Shown in pieces: positions 36,301 through 50,070 of a stretch of 64,000 nt of DNA. A program made the translations under genes and the position numbers. The notes under the pieces are model-generated. The model did not search any database. It worked only from the letters and a program-made list of their open reading frames with translations, and was not told the DNA's origin. This stretch comes from Vezdaea acicularis. Lineage: Eukaryota. Numbering within the stretch: position 1 is the first letter of the stretch; the number at the start of each line of letters is the position of its first letter. The stretch lies in assembly GCA_026025075.1 (NCBI GenBank), contig JAPEUI010000078.1, positions 1 through 64,000 on the forward strand. The letters run 5' to 3'.

Positions 36301-39074
36301 GCCTACAAAAACACGAAAATGAGTATACCGTCCCATCTTTTTGTTTTTAAACCACAAACAACCCTTAGTGGCGAATATGACTTTGTGTTCAAAATGTGTC
36401 GACCCTTAAGCGGGTAGTTGCGACCTCATCTCATACTCGCACTGAGGTCAAATCTCAACTTTCCGTCATAATACTACCTCTTGGAGGGATCACCATCGTC
36501 AATCGCGATGGCTTTCGTTTTTTTATCCTCTCGCGAAATTCCTTTTCCTTTCCTGCTGGACGAATCGTCCGATTTCCCTAAAGGCTACTTTCATGTCCCC
36601 ACAAAGCGTCAGCACGAGAAATTCATCTCTGCCACAGATGAACATGAATTCGAAGAGCCTGTGGATCGTGTCAAGCGTGAAGATCTAAGAAAGCTAACAG
36701 TTTCAAAGGAACGATATAAGAAATGCAGCGGCCGAGACGACTTATGTAATTCGGTTCTTAACGATGAATGGGCATCACATCCGACTTGGGCCTCAGAAGA
36801 TTCTGGCTTCATTGCTCACCGAAAGAACACGTATGAGGAGCAGCTGCACAAAATAGAGGAAGAGCGCCATGACTATAGCCTGAACATTGAGTCAGCCGCT
36901 CGAGCGATTCAGCTCTTGGAGCCAATCGTACAGCAAATTGCAGTCATGACTGATGATGAACGCGCGAGTTTCCTTCTTCCTCCTCACTTCGGGGGGCAGA
37001 CTGGCACTACAATCTTCGAGCGCGTTGTGAAGAAGGTCTATGGTCGCGAAATTGGGTTACAGGTCATTCAAGAAATGCAGATGCGTCCTTGTGGAATAGT
37101 CCCAATTGTACTTTCTAGGATAAAGATGAAGGAAGAGGAATGGAAAGCTGCTCAGGTATGTAGTTGAAGGCTCCTTATAGTTGTGTCTGTGATGTAGCTA
37201 ATGTGGTCTAGCGGGAATGGAACAAAGTCTGGCGAGAACAGACATCAAAGATATTCTATAAGAGTCTGGATCATATGGGCCTCAACGCAAAGAGTCTTGA
37301 TAAGAAACAATTTCAGCCGAAGCAGCTCCTTGCCGAGATATTAGCCAAGCAAGCCGAACAAAGTCGCGCACGCTCAATTCCATATACCTTCGTTCCCAAA
37401 CACCAATTCGAATACTCTTTTGACGACGGCAACGTTATTGCAGATGCTGCTCGCCTTATGTATATTTTCGCTTCTCATCACATGGGAAATGGTGACAAGC
37501 AGAAGGTTGAAGTTTTCATCAAAGAATTCATACCTATCTTCTTCGGGCTTTCCATCGAGAGGTTCGCAGACAACGTCACCAATCTGTCTCATCGTTCACC
37601 AACAGATGAAGTTGTGGAAGATCAGACGCCATCTGGCGATACAAGTTCCACAAGAGGTCGTCGGTCCGGAAAAGATGACCTTCTGCGAGGCGTGCTAGAG
37701 CGTGGTCGGAATGGACGAACTAGCCACAATCTTAGGGACGCAAGCGTTGCCTCCGAGAGTCAAGATTCTACCCCAGATGCTGCGGCTGCTTCGGACGAAC
37801 AAATGCAGCTTGGGAGCAGTGGTAATGAGGAGGGAAGCGGAGCGGTCCAATTACAGCCTGACAATTGGCTTCGACACCCAGAGGCTGCCTCGGCAACTAA
37901 AGACCGCCCTCTCAATCGACCAATCCCTCCTTATCAGCAATTTCCCCGGCAAATCTACAGTCTCTACTGCAATACTAATGTATATACATTCTTCCGACTG
38001 TTTCAAGCCCTTTATGAAAGGCTATTGCTCGTGAAGCAGAATGAGGCCGAGGTGGCTGAAGATGTACGACGTGCAAAGATGCATAAGCCTGCACATACTC
38101 TGAAAATGTTACCTTTCAAGCCTGAAGACTACTTTGAAAATACAGGTCCAAATGCCAACTATTATCACCAGATTCTTGACATCTGCGAAGGGGTGCTTGA
38201 TACTACAATAGAGCCAATCCATTTTGAAGAGGCTCTACGGTACTATTACATGCACTCTGGATGGAAGCTCTACACTGTGGATAAATTAATCGGGGCAATT
38301 GTGCGATCCGCTACCGCCATAGTCTCAGGCGAACCCAAAGATAAAAGCAACGATGTGATTCAGCTTTTCCTCAAAGATCGTGAAAAAGATACTACGACTC
38401 ACCGAAACGAGATTACGTACCGGAAGCAAGTTGAGAAGCTAGTGAAAGATGGTGAAGTGTTCCGTATTGCTTTCGTAAGTTTTACCTGGCATGTCCCGAA
38501 TGCAAGGAGCTAAGTTATCACATAGAACCAACCTGCCAGAACTGTCACTATACAGATCTTAGCGAAGGAAGATACGACATTCGAGGACGCTGGGATGACG
38601 CCTGAGCAAAGATGGTCTTACTATACTGCTTCCTACATTAGTCGACAGCCAACCGAAGGCATTAGGACTGAGAAGTTGACCCACCCTTTCCTTCTAAAGA
38701 CACGGGCAATTGAGCTTGATGATGATGAAGATCCTCGCCTGGAGCCGGTCTGTCACAACGAAGGTCTGAACCTACGCATTTGCGTCAATTCGTATAAGAT
38801 GTTGTACGATTCTAACACCGCGGATTGGTTTGTGCATTCTCCAGAAATACAATCAGGCGGTAAAGAAGGTATTGTTGAAGCAAAGAGAGCACACGAGAAG
38901 CGGGATGCTCGTTTCGAGGAACTCTTTGTCTCTAACAGTCCAGCTGCAAAAACTTTGAGCAAGGATGAATTCAATAAGGACAATGAGATCTTTGCCAAAT
39001 GGACTGGGAAAGAACAAGACCTTCCTATGGCTGGGACACCAGGTGACGAGGATGCAGTGATGCTGGACGCATAG
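33385..39074 (+). CDS. SIN3: SIN3 transcriptional co-repressor (PAH1-3, HID, Sin3a_C)
   Basis: Exon 1 MNPASKETWPHS...; LNDALSYLDQVK (PAH1); VEFNHAISYVNKIK (PAH2); FFDRVKK (PAH3); LGPSYRLLPK / CSGRD...VLNDEWASHPTWASEDSGF; SLDHMG. Confidence 0.97.
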
Positions 39075-39521
39075 GAACGGAGCTTTGGTAGAGCAAATGG
39101 TCGCTACGGCATTTCATAGATTTTGGATTGCTTTACTAGATATTTGTGGCACGGGTGGCGTTCACGAGGTCTCTTTGCATCTCCTTCACCTCTTGCAGAA
39201 CTTTGCGTGTTACGGTGGGCAATGGCACTTGGAAAAGTGCAGCTTTCCACAAACAGATATTAGGATTTCAAAAAGGTGTCCATGAAGGTACACAAGCTTG
39301 GGGGGCCAGCGGAGCCTTAAATTTAGAACCTCAAACCACTTGCGAATCAAATACTTGCAAACTTACTACTTGCTAAAGATGTTCACGTGATTTCGTGATT
39401 AGGGACTTCGCGAGTCGCGTCGATCTTGAACCTCCCACAATTATATCTTTAGCAGATCGGTTGCGGTGGGTCCGCATGAGAGGACTGATGTGGGCAAAAT
39501 ATCTCTAACACTGACGGCAAA

Positions 39522-42500
39522 ATGCCCATAGCCGCTCTGTCGGCTCCGACAATCAATTCTCTGGGTAGTACACAATGTATAACATTTCCTACCAGTCTCA
39601 TAAAGGAGCTTGTCGAGAACTCCTTTGACGCTGCTGCGACTTCTATATCAATCGAGATATCCTCCAATACGATCGACGTGATTCAAGTGAGAGACAATGG
39701 GCATGGCGTGCGGCCGGAAGACCGTGCTCTCCTCGGTAGGAGATATTATACGAGCAAGCTGAGCTCGTTCGAGGAATTGCGAACGATTGGAGGAAGAACC
39801 TTGGGATTTAGAGGAGAGGCTCTAGCTAGTGCAGTCGAATTGGCTGGTAGTGTCAGAGTGGTAAGTAAGGTCGAGGGTGAAGCTGTCGCTGTAGACTGGA
39901 AGCTTCCCACGGTAATAGGAGGGTCAAGAAGTCTTAGTAGAGCAGACCAAAGGCTTGATTTGAGTGCAACAGACCTAGCCGCACAGGAGACAACCTTGGG
40001 CAGCACAAAGCGTAGTGTTGTTACCTCAACTTTAGATACGCTTGAGGAGTAAGTCGTGTATGATGCTGAAGTAATGCTCAAGCCTCCATTGATATTTGTT
40101 ATAGCAAGCGAAAGGCATCTCACCCTGTAGGCACAACACTGCGGGTTGTTGATTTCCTGCAAGCCCTCCCCGTGAGGCGACAGACAGTACTCAAAGATTC
40201 TTCCAAAGAGATGGGAAAGATTAGACAGATGCTTTTTTCTTATGCACTAGCCAGACCCAAAGTAAGGCTCGAGCTGAAGGTCCTCAAGGCAAAGACAGAG
40301 AAGTCCAATTGGGCTTATGTGCCGGCAAAGAACTCAACAACCGTTGATGCTGTCAAGAAAGTAATGGGAAAGGAACTCGCTGTGGAATGCTCTTTGGTAT
40401 CTCATGAAATAGCAGCTGTAGCCGCAGGGGAGGAGATCGACAAGGGAGGAAGCTGCGTTGACCGTCTCAGGCTTGACGCCTTCCTTCCGCGTTATGAAGC
40501 TGGCAAGCACCTTCTAGATACCACCAGAGACTATGGCTAAAAAATTCCCTAGATCCCACCAAGATCAGCAACAAAGGATCCTACATTTCCGTCGACTTCC
40601 GTCCGGTGCAGAGTACCCGGGGTATCTTTAAGAAAATCTACACTTTGTATAAGCGCTATCTGAGATCTGCTCTATGTAGCAAGAACCATAACAAGATCAG
40701 CGATCCGTTTTTTTGTCTTCATCTGAGGTGTCCCGTATCAAGTTATGATCCAAATATAGAGCCCGCAAAGGACGACGTGACATTTGGAGAGCCTGATATC
40801 GTGATTGAGGCCGTGGAAGCTCTTCTCATCAACACATATGGCGAACTGAGAATCTCTGATAGCCCTTCAAAGACAAGCATCCCAGCCAGCCGAAATGAGG
40901 CAGGGTTTGATCTTCTCCTGGCCAGACATAAACCAAGATCCCTGGGCAGGATTGACGATCGGGTTATGCCATTGAAAAGCACGCCAGAGACTAGTGAAAG
41001 TCCTCCAGAGAGGAGCTCTTGCGGCCCGTCAGAACAGTGGGAGAATGCGACTGCTACACTAGAGCCAATCAACATGGATTTACAACATGATGCTAACGCG
41101 GAAACGCCACACGCAAGCACAAGTCAGAGCAATGCAACGATGAACAGCTATGGTGCGGACGAAGACAGTGAAGGCGAAATCCTCTTTGGGCATCAGGCTG
41201 CAAGTTCACCAGCTCAGCGAGCTTTAATGAATGAAGTTGATGGAATAAACGGGAATGATGTCAACGTATTCAACCCATGGACACTTGCTAAGATGAACGC
41301 CCCCTTACAGCGACAAAAGCCACAGGAAACCTTTCGTATGAACTCTGGTAGTCCTGATGATCAGCTTCTGAGACCAGTAGCCGCTCGTCACCAACAAGGA
41401 AGTTCTCCACGGATCTCCGACATAAACACAACAAGTTTCCTCCCATCCCCAGGTGCGTCCTCTCCAATCATGGTACCCTTTCCGACTCCTACTCCTCTCA
41501 AGCGAAAGGCAACACAGAAGAATTCATCACACGAAAAGCCTCGCCCTCGAAAAGAATCAATCGATGGGTGGCTTCAAAGAACGATACGTCAACAAGAGGA
41601 GGCACAGTCTGATAGAGCCTTTCTTGACCCTTTAGACGAAAAAACTGGGTTCAGCACGACTTCATTCGATCGGCGGCCTATTCGCCAGGCGCTTGCCAAC
41701 GGCTTTATGTCTCCAGTAGAGGCTCTTCAGGACCCTGATGGCTCACCTAATGACCTTACGCTCCTACCTTCCGAGTCAAGAACACAACGCGTTGCCCTTG
41801 GAGGTCCAATTAAGCTTACTTCACCTCTTCATTCTGGGCAAGGCAGGAGCCATGTCGAGGGCACACTACCTGAGGATCAACACCAATGGTCTCCAGCACT
41901 GAACTCCCGTCTATCTCCTCTCAAGTCGCCATTATTTGTTAAACGGCCTGATCAACACAGTCAACCTACCCTCACAGAACTCATGGACTACGAGCACCGT
42001 AAAGTCGCCCTGAATCAATCTATACGACAGGCTCATTTGCTTAGATCCTCTCAATCGCTTTCCATCTTGCAAGCAAGGCCGTCTCCTTACGCTAATCGAC
42101 AACGAGCTGCACGTGCTGCCTTAGTAGCCGGTAATATCGACGAGGAAGTCGTAGAGGCTCATGGCTCTACTGAAGCAGTATTTCCTAGAGGGGATCCGCG
42201 AGGATACATGCTTCAGACGGACTTGGATGACGTTCTGCCGGAGAGCAGGTGCAAGAGAAGGAAGCGGATGGGACTATTGCCCCTTGAGACTGTTCCCGTT
42301 ACCGACATTACTCACGTTCTCCAACAGAAGTGGGAGTTGGGTGTAGAGACTTTGAACAAAACTCTCGCTCAGCTTGTCAATATAGATCCATATTTACGAA
42401 CTGGCGAGCTCGGCGGTGGCTTCGAGAAGAACATGGATCTCGACGGGGTAGAAAAGAGTGTAGAGGCACTAGTTGGAGTCTTATCGAAAACTAGCGGCAC

Positions 42501-42558
42501 CGACCAAAGCGTAGATGTTGGCGGCATAATCAAGAGGCATCTCGAAGGGCTTGCATAG
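39522..42558 (+). CDS. MutL-family mismatch repair paralogue (Mlh2 / human-PMS1-like; no endonuclease motif)
   Basis: KELVENSFDA...VRDNGHG...YTSK...GFRGEAL (GHKL ATPase); GTTLRVVDFLQALPVR; YDPNIEPAKDDV. Introns at about 40049-40103 and 40503-40552 (GC-AG). Confidence 0.88.
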
Positions 42559-42724
42559 GGATGGATAGCTTATTCTTCATCGCATTTTGCTAGCATGGCG
42601 CAACCTGTTGCATCTAAAACACGATTACGTGAACCGTGTGGCTTGGCATTTTGTCATTGGCGTCTGTTTGCTTCACGATACCCGGGCTATTACTTTTTGG
42701 CTTGTCAAGAACAGCTCGCATATA

Positions 42725-42771
42725 TTAGCATTCGCATTTAGTATTCGCATTTAGCATTCGCATTTAGCATT
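42725..42771. repeat. 13-bp minisatellite (TTAGCATTCGCAT) x3.6
   Basis: Units at 42725, 42738 (one C>T change), 42751 and a partial unit at 42764. It lies between the convergent MutL and MYO1 3' ends. Confidence 0.9.
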
Positions 42772-43010
42772 GGAATCATTCGCTGGCTCTCGCGTAAAGC
42801 AATGTCAAAAGACCGCCCATTGCAGTCACTCAACAAGTATCATCAGTCTAAGGAATACGCGCTAAGCACCATCGCCGTGCCTACAACAATAGAGTCGTTG
42901 CATACAGGAAGACATGATACCAAATCCTCGATTCATTACGAACCAATCTAATATCAAACAAGACATCCCTCTAGCTGTCTTCCATCGCGCCCGGACCCCC
43001 AGCATGCGTT

Positions 43011-46000
43011 CTACCAATCGTCTTCATCCGCTTTCTTGCCTTGCATAGCTTCTTGCCTTGCCCGTAATGCTTCCGCCAAGCCTCCCGCCAAACTGATATT
43101 CCCACTACTCCTTTGGCTTCCTCCACCATTCTCGCTCTCGGTAGCAACGCTTAATCCGGAATCTCTCGCTTGTAGAGAAGGCGCTGGTTTCTTCGCACCC
43201 GGACGTTTGGCTGGTGGCGCTGGTGGCTTTGGCTTCCCAGTCGCAAGATTGGAGTTGCCGTTGGAGAGGGGAACGGTACGTTGGGAAGTCGGGGCGGTGG
43301 GTACTGGACGTGGTGCTACTGGGGGCGTCGGGGTCGAGACGACCTCTTCCACGAGGTAGGCAGAGGGAGTCCAGCCTTGCGCAGAAGAATCCTGCTTCTT
43401 AGCAAGCCACCAACCTAAGGAGACTAATTAGTGGATGCACTATCACGTTTGAACTTGGGAATCTAACCATTCTCTGCCTTTTGGATGATTTTTATGACCT
43501 CATTTTTCTTGATGGTGAGCTCGTTCTCTGCTTGGCCGTTGAAGTCATATAATGCGCGGTAGGTTGGTTCTTTCGGTTGACTAGATGGCGCGGGTGCGGA
43601 GGGCGGTGGAGGTGGGGGAGCCCGCCCCGAGGAAACCGACGACCTTGATTCATTGCTGATGTGATTGGAATTCATACCACCTAGAGCGGCCACTGGCTGG
43701 GGAACTGGTCTAGATTGCGCTCGTTCTTGTGGTATTGGTCTCGCAGCTGGCGTTGACCGAGCATTCTGTGACAATTTGCCGGCCTGGCCATTAGGCCCAC
43801 CAGGGCGAAGTAGCTTACCCTTCGTAATTGCTTTTCCAGGAACAGACTTTGGTTTCGGGGTTGGCCTAGATACAGAGTTTGGAGGCTCGCCTTGCCCTGT
43901 GTGAATAGTACCGCTTTTGTAAATATCGTCACGAGGAACTTGTGGGTCTTTGACCACTTTGATGACCGCCGGCTTGCCTGGCTTCTTATTGTACTCGATT
44001 GAGTCTGCAATCCTAAGATTAAAGCCACCACCTGGCATCGCCTGTTTCAGGTGGGTGAAGAACTCGGTTTTGAAAACACAATTGAGGAGAGGATCCGCTT
44101 CTTGAGGAGAACCAACTCCAAGAGAGAACCAATCGTCCTTTAGAGTTGAACAGCCAACATACTTGATAGCACCTAGCGGAATAGTCCGCTCGGCTTGAAT
44201 GGAAAGTTGTCGATTAACCATTGAGGAAAGCACAATGTAGACGCTTCGGGTCGTCAAAACAATAATACGAGGACTTGGCTTGCTAGATCGACCAAACTTG
44301 GTGACCAATAGGTCACCTCGACAAGAAAATAATATACGTTCCGAATCTAATCCTCGTCATTAGAGTCGCAGGGTCGAAGCTGTTGGGTAACTTACTGCTC
44401 ATGTTGATGTCCCTTCGAATCACTTCGCCAAACCCACCATTATGTCCAACTCCTAGGTAGTCACCTAAGAACCGTCTCGATCCTACTAAACTGAATCGGC
44501 GCCTTTCTTTCCTGCCTCCTAAGACCTGATGGCCATAATCTCGTAATTGTATATACTCAAGACCACCCTTCAGCTTACGCCAGAACCGTTGTATTCGAAT
44601 AGCGCATTCAATCCTGTATCGAAGGTAGTTCCTCCAAGCACGCTGTATCCTAATCGCCATATTATGCCAATACCGATCACGCATGTGCTCAAGTGCGAAC
44701 AAAGTCTCTGGCGTCTTTATAAAGGCTTTCGTAATTCCCATCTGGTACTCCTCCGCAGGGATACTCGTATCCTTCAATATTTGCCTCGTACCAGACTTTG
44801 CGTCGCCAGTCCAGGTGTAATCGCCAGCGTAAGACGTCTTTGGCGACAGAAGATAGAAACGTTCGACGAATTTCTCAAATGTTTGCCGATAAGCAAAGCC
44901 AGCTCTCCTGATCCTCACATTCTCTTGTAAGCCAAGGTATTTAATCTGATGTAAGACATTCGCTGAATTATATTCCGTTGGCGACTTGTTGTCATTTGGC
45001 TTGATTGTTCGGATGTATGAAGGCGAGGCCTTGGTGAGAGTTGCAACTAAATCGTTCGCGGAAGCTTTGATCTTATCTCCTGCAGTAGGCGGTCTTCTTT
45101 TTGAGTCTTGGTCGACCTGATGTGGGAACAGAGAATGAACGAATCCGTTTGAGCTTTGACCAACCAGATTCAGTATGTCTTTCAGAAGCTGATCTTTATT
45201 CTTGTCCGTCATCCCCTCAATCGCGTAGCTCACGTCGCCAGCATAATGCTTGATTACAAATTGTCCCTGTCGAGGCTGGAAATGGGCATGAGAAGAAAGT
45301 ACATTTAGTCTTTGAGCAAATGTCTGGTCTGCCGCTCCAGGGTCAGCATGTGCAGTAGCACAAGCGTCATTTAGAGCCGCAAAGACCCCAGGTGGACGCT
45401 TCTCTTCAATTAATTCGCATACAACTTTATTGTCGAAGTAGTTGATTGGAGTCCATGTGATCTGCTCCCGGGCATATTCTTCTTGCTCCGTTTTCAATGT
45501 CAGTTGAATGAAGATCTGCTGTAGTTTCTCATTAACGTAATTGATACAAAGCTGCTCGAAACTGTTCTTGTCGAAAATCTCAAATCCGTATATGTCTAAG
45601 ATGCCGACTGTATGCTGGAATGAGCCGCGAGCTTTCAACGAAACATTGACTCGGTCTACTATCCAGTCAAATAGGTTGTTGTAGATTGCTTTGGAAAGTG
45701 CATCCCGTACTGCGATAGCTTGCGCTGGGTTTAGAGGAACATCATATATGGAACCTCTTCGACCACCTCTACTCGTCTCGACAACTCTCAAGGTGAGAGC
45801 TTTATTGACGCTTGCCGAGTCCACCTCCAGCAGGTACGCCACAAAATCTGTGACTGAGGAGTCGGCAATCATGGCGTTACCATCGTCATTCTCTTGAAAG
45901 TGTATATTTCCTAACCATAATATTGCTGCTAACATGCGGAAGATATTGTCCTGCTCTCCTTGTGATAATCCAATGACTTTCATTGCATTTATAGTATCTC

Positions 46001-47119
46001 TAAAGTCCGCCGTATCATCCATTCCAGGTACATCAAGACATTTCGATCGACTTGTGTAAACGTATGTCTGAGGTTGTTGCACACCAAAGTTTTCTAACGC
46101 CGTCAACCTCTGGCAGTCGTAGTCATGAGACATGAAGCTTACCTCTATATGTCTGTGGCGCGGCTTTTGTGAATTGGTAGAAAATATGGAAATTCCGCTC
46201 GTTAGTGATTTGACCAACTACCCTCGACTTCTCCAGTAGGTAATTTGTAACATTTGCCCCTACAGGTTCTCCTTGTGCGTTGAATTGCAGTTCCAAGTAC
46301 TTCCCAAAACGGGAGGAATTGTTGTTGCGTAGCGTCTTAGCGTTGCCGAAAGACTCAAGGAGAGGATTCGTAGCTAGCACCATTTCTTTGATCTCCTGGA
46401 TCGAAGAATTGCTTCCGCCAGACACATTGGCGATATATTGCATGATGCGCTTTGCCGCTTCGGTCTTTCCTGCTCCCGATTCCCCTGATATGATTACGCA
46501 CTGGTTCTCACTATAGGCTTTCATGTTATAATAAGCGGATTCTGCAACTGCAAACACGTGGGGAGGCATCTATAAAGCTTTAGACACTTCCTTGCCCCGT
46601 GAAAGCGGGCTTCATACCTCTAATCTGTTCTTGCCGCGGTAACTATCGAGCACTGCATCTGTATAGATGCCCACTGGAAGCATGAGTATAAGAAACGACT
46701 GAAGAGGGGATGAAGAATGCTTACAGTCTCTAAAAGGATTGACTGACACCAGCACATGGCCGATATAAGTCTGGATATGGTCAGTATTCTTCGCCAAGGC
46801 AGTGATAAGCGCATCTACAACGCAATGACATACATAGATCTCCGCATTCTCAAACCTCTTCTTCAGATTGTCATTGATCGCCTCATTGGATATCTTGCTG
46901 ATAAGTGTAAGATCTGAGACTCCGACCTCTTTCTTCTTAGTTGACTCGAAAACAGCCTTTCTCACGTTCGGCTTCCCCCCCCCACTGCTACTCGCCCCGG
47001 CAGAAGGTTGCTTGTCTTTCTTACGCCCAGCGCGCTTGGTCACGGCCTATAGGGAGCGACAGTCAGTGACAAAAATCGCAGATTAAAAGCATTAATATGA
47101 TTGAGACCGCACATACCAT
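43011..47119 (-). CDS. MYO1: Class I myosin (motor, IQ, TH1, SH3, acidic tail)
   Basis: ATG-only first coding exon (47117-47119); [30 protein letters not shown] (SH3); C-terminal DDW Arp2/3-binding motif. Confidence 0.97.
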
Positions 47120-47860
47120 CTTGGGCTTGATTATTCCCCGACTAGGAGACCAGTATGCGCTTCTGAGTATGCGAATATGAATACAGGTCCTGACATGCGT
47201 GTCAGAAGTGTAGCTCAAGCCGGAGTTGGCCGTATGAGAAATGGACTTCTCGTTGAGTTTGTGGCTAGGAATCAATGGAATGACAGAAAAATAGGCACCG
47301 GTCGGGCTCTGCAATGGATTTAGAGTGACAATTGCGTACCTGGCGGCGATTCGCTAAAGCGCTGACGCGCCTCAGCCCCATGACGAATGCGCAGAGCCGT
47401 TTGATCTACAAGTACTCCAACCTACACTAGAGCGTATGCCTCTTAGGGGCCGTTAAAGCTGAAATGGCAATCATACGCATATAACAATTCACGCACATAG
47501 CAAGTCGCATAGACTTGACAAATGTATTTTTTGTTCATGTAGGGTAATGTCGCGCAAGGCTCAGTCTTCCATTCTAATTCATAGCTGGAAGATGTTACCA
47601 CCAGCGATCCAATTTTGTTGTAAAGCAAGGTGCATGCAAAGTACATTAATCGTCTAGGCGTACAGATGGCCTGAGATTTCTGCATCGCAGATGCTCAAAC
47701 TAAAGTGAAACAGGAACGCCAGATCACATCGTAATCTATTGTCGTAAAGGCCCGAAGAACAGACTTTTTGGATTTTTGCCGTCCCAAGCAAGAGCCGCCG
47801 GGCAAAAAAAATGCTAAATATCATCGTGCTCATCCAATCGGCCTCATCAGGCAAGCCTAT

Positions 47861-50070
47861 TTAGCGAGTTGACATAGCTTTCGTGACAATTCTCTTTAGG
47901 GCGAGTTCCTTCTTTCTGAGATCATCTGATCCAGACTCTTCAATTTCGAGCTGAGCCATGGCGTCGCTGAGAGCCGACTCAATCTTTTCCTTAGTGCCGC
48001 GCTTCAATTTCAATGACATAGTTGGATCGGAAACAATCTCCTCAACTCTGGAAATGTAGGATTCGAGCTGTTGCCTAGCTTCGAACTTCTTGCTATAAGC
48101 CTCATCGTCCGTTTTGAACTTTTGAGCATCTAAGCTACTGTTAAATCGCTTACACCTTATATCAAGATCACTGATACTTACCGCTTATCATACTCTCAAT
48201 CTCCGTGGAGGAGAGTTTGCCAACAGAGTTGGAGATGGTGATATTAGCACTTCGTCCGGAGGTCTTTTCAGTTGCTGTGACCTTCAGAATGCCGTTAACG
48301 TCGACCTCGAACACAACCTCTAGGACAGCATCCCCGGCCTTCATTGGTGGAATGGGAGCGAGGGTGAACTCTCCAAGAGAGGTGTTATCTTCACAATTGA
48401 CTCGCTCGCCCTGGAACACTGGAAATTGGACAGTCTGTTGGTTGTCGGCAACCGTTGTGAATGTTCGCTTTTTAATGGTTGGAACCGTCTGGCCTCTAGA
48501 AACAACAGGAGCAAAGATGTTGCCTTCCATCGCTACGCCAAGGGACAAAGGTACCACATCAAGGAGCAGAAGGTCAGCGGTATCAGCTGACTGTGCCTTT
48601 CCGGAAAGAATGCCTGCCTGAACTGCAGCACCGTAAGCAACAGCTTCATCGGGATTGATACTCTATCAGAGAAATTAGCTATGTACCCCGATAAAAGATC
48701 AATATCTCCTTTACCTTCTCAAGCTTCTTGCCATCAAAGAAGTCACTTAGTAATTTCTGTATTCGAGGAATTCGAGTCGAGCCACCAACAAGCACAATCT
48801 CGTCTACCTTGCTCTTCTCCAAGTTGGCATCTTTCATAACCTGCTCTACAGGTGCAATAGTGCTCTTGAATGCTGCAGCGTTGATATCCTCAAAACGAGC
48901 ACGGGTTATCTGAGCATTGAAATCCTCGCCATCAAATAGGGAGTCAATTTCAATGGTGGTTTGAGCCCCGTTCGAAAGTGTCCGCTTAGCGCGTTCGCAA
49001 GCGGTTCGAAGGCGACGCAATGCACGTGAATCTCCAGACAGGTCCTTCTTCGTCTTGCGCTGGAACTCCTTCTTGAAGTGATCAAGAAGATTGGTGTCAA
49101 AATCCTGTCCACCGAGATGGGTATCGCCAGCAGTTGCCTTGACAGTGAACACACCACCTTGGATATGTAGTAAAGAAACATCGAAAGTGCCACCACCAAG
49201 ATCATAGATGAGCACATTTCGTTCTTTGTCGGACTTTCCGGCTCCAAGACCATAGGCAATAGCTGCAGCAGTCGGCTCATTGATGATTCGAAGGACATTA
49301 AGGCCAGCAATTGAACCTGCATCCTTAGTTGCTTGGCGCTGGTTGTCGTTGAAATAGGCTGGGACGGTAATGACAGCTTTCTCCACCTTCTTCCCAAGCT
49401 TTACCTCCGCAACATCTTTCATCTATGCGCTATAGTCAGTATAAATTGAGTGTTGATAAGAACTAATGCTATAACCTTAGTGAGAACCATAGACGAGATT
49501 TCCTGTGGACTGAAAGTTTTGGTCTCCCCGAGATATTCAACTTGCACAGTAGGATTCCCCGCATGATCTGCAACAACTTTAAATGGCCAGGACTCCACAT
49601 CCTTCTTCACGATGGGATCATCAAATCTTCGACCGATCAAGCGTCTGCTAGCGTGTCAGCACTCGAACTGGTACCTGAATATCGCAAGTTCGAACTTTAT
49701 ATCAAAGATGGTATTCTGCGGGTTCATAGCAGCCTGATTCTTTGCGGATTCACCAATGAGGCGCTCTTTGTCTGTGAAAGAGACGAACGACGGGGTTGTG
49801 AAGCTTCCCTGCTCATTGGCAACTATCGAACGGAACGAGTTAGCAAATTGTACGGGGTAATGAATCAGAAGTCGCTGATGCTGGTCTGAGGGTTTGATAA
49901 GAACAAACATACTGATCTCGACATTTTGACCTTCATAGTTGGCAACACATGAGTATGTAGTTCCTTCGCAAGGTGTCAGCTACACTCCGAAATTCTAGCC
50001 CTACAAGGATAACATTGGACCCACCAAGATCGATGCCGATAGCACCTTCATAGACTTCGAGGTCAGCCAT
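47861..50070 (-). CDS. SSB1: Ribosome-associated Hsp70 (SSB)
   Basis: [61 protein letters not shown]. Ends KAMSTR* with no EEVD. Confidence 0.96.

Noticed and set aside
47820..47852. CTGATGAG on the minus strand after the SSB stop (hammerhead-like core)
   Set aside because: No stem II or GAAA partner motif.
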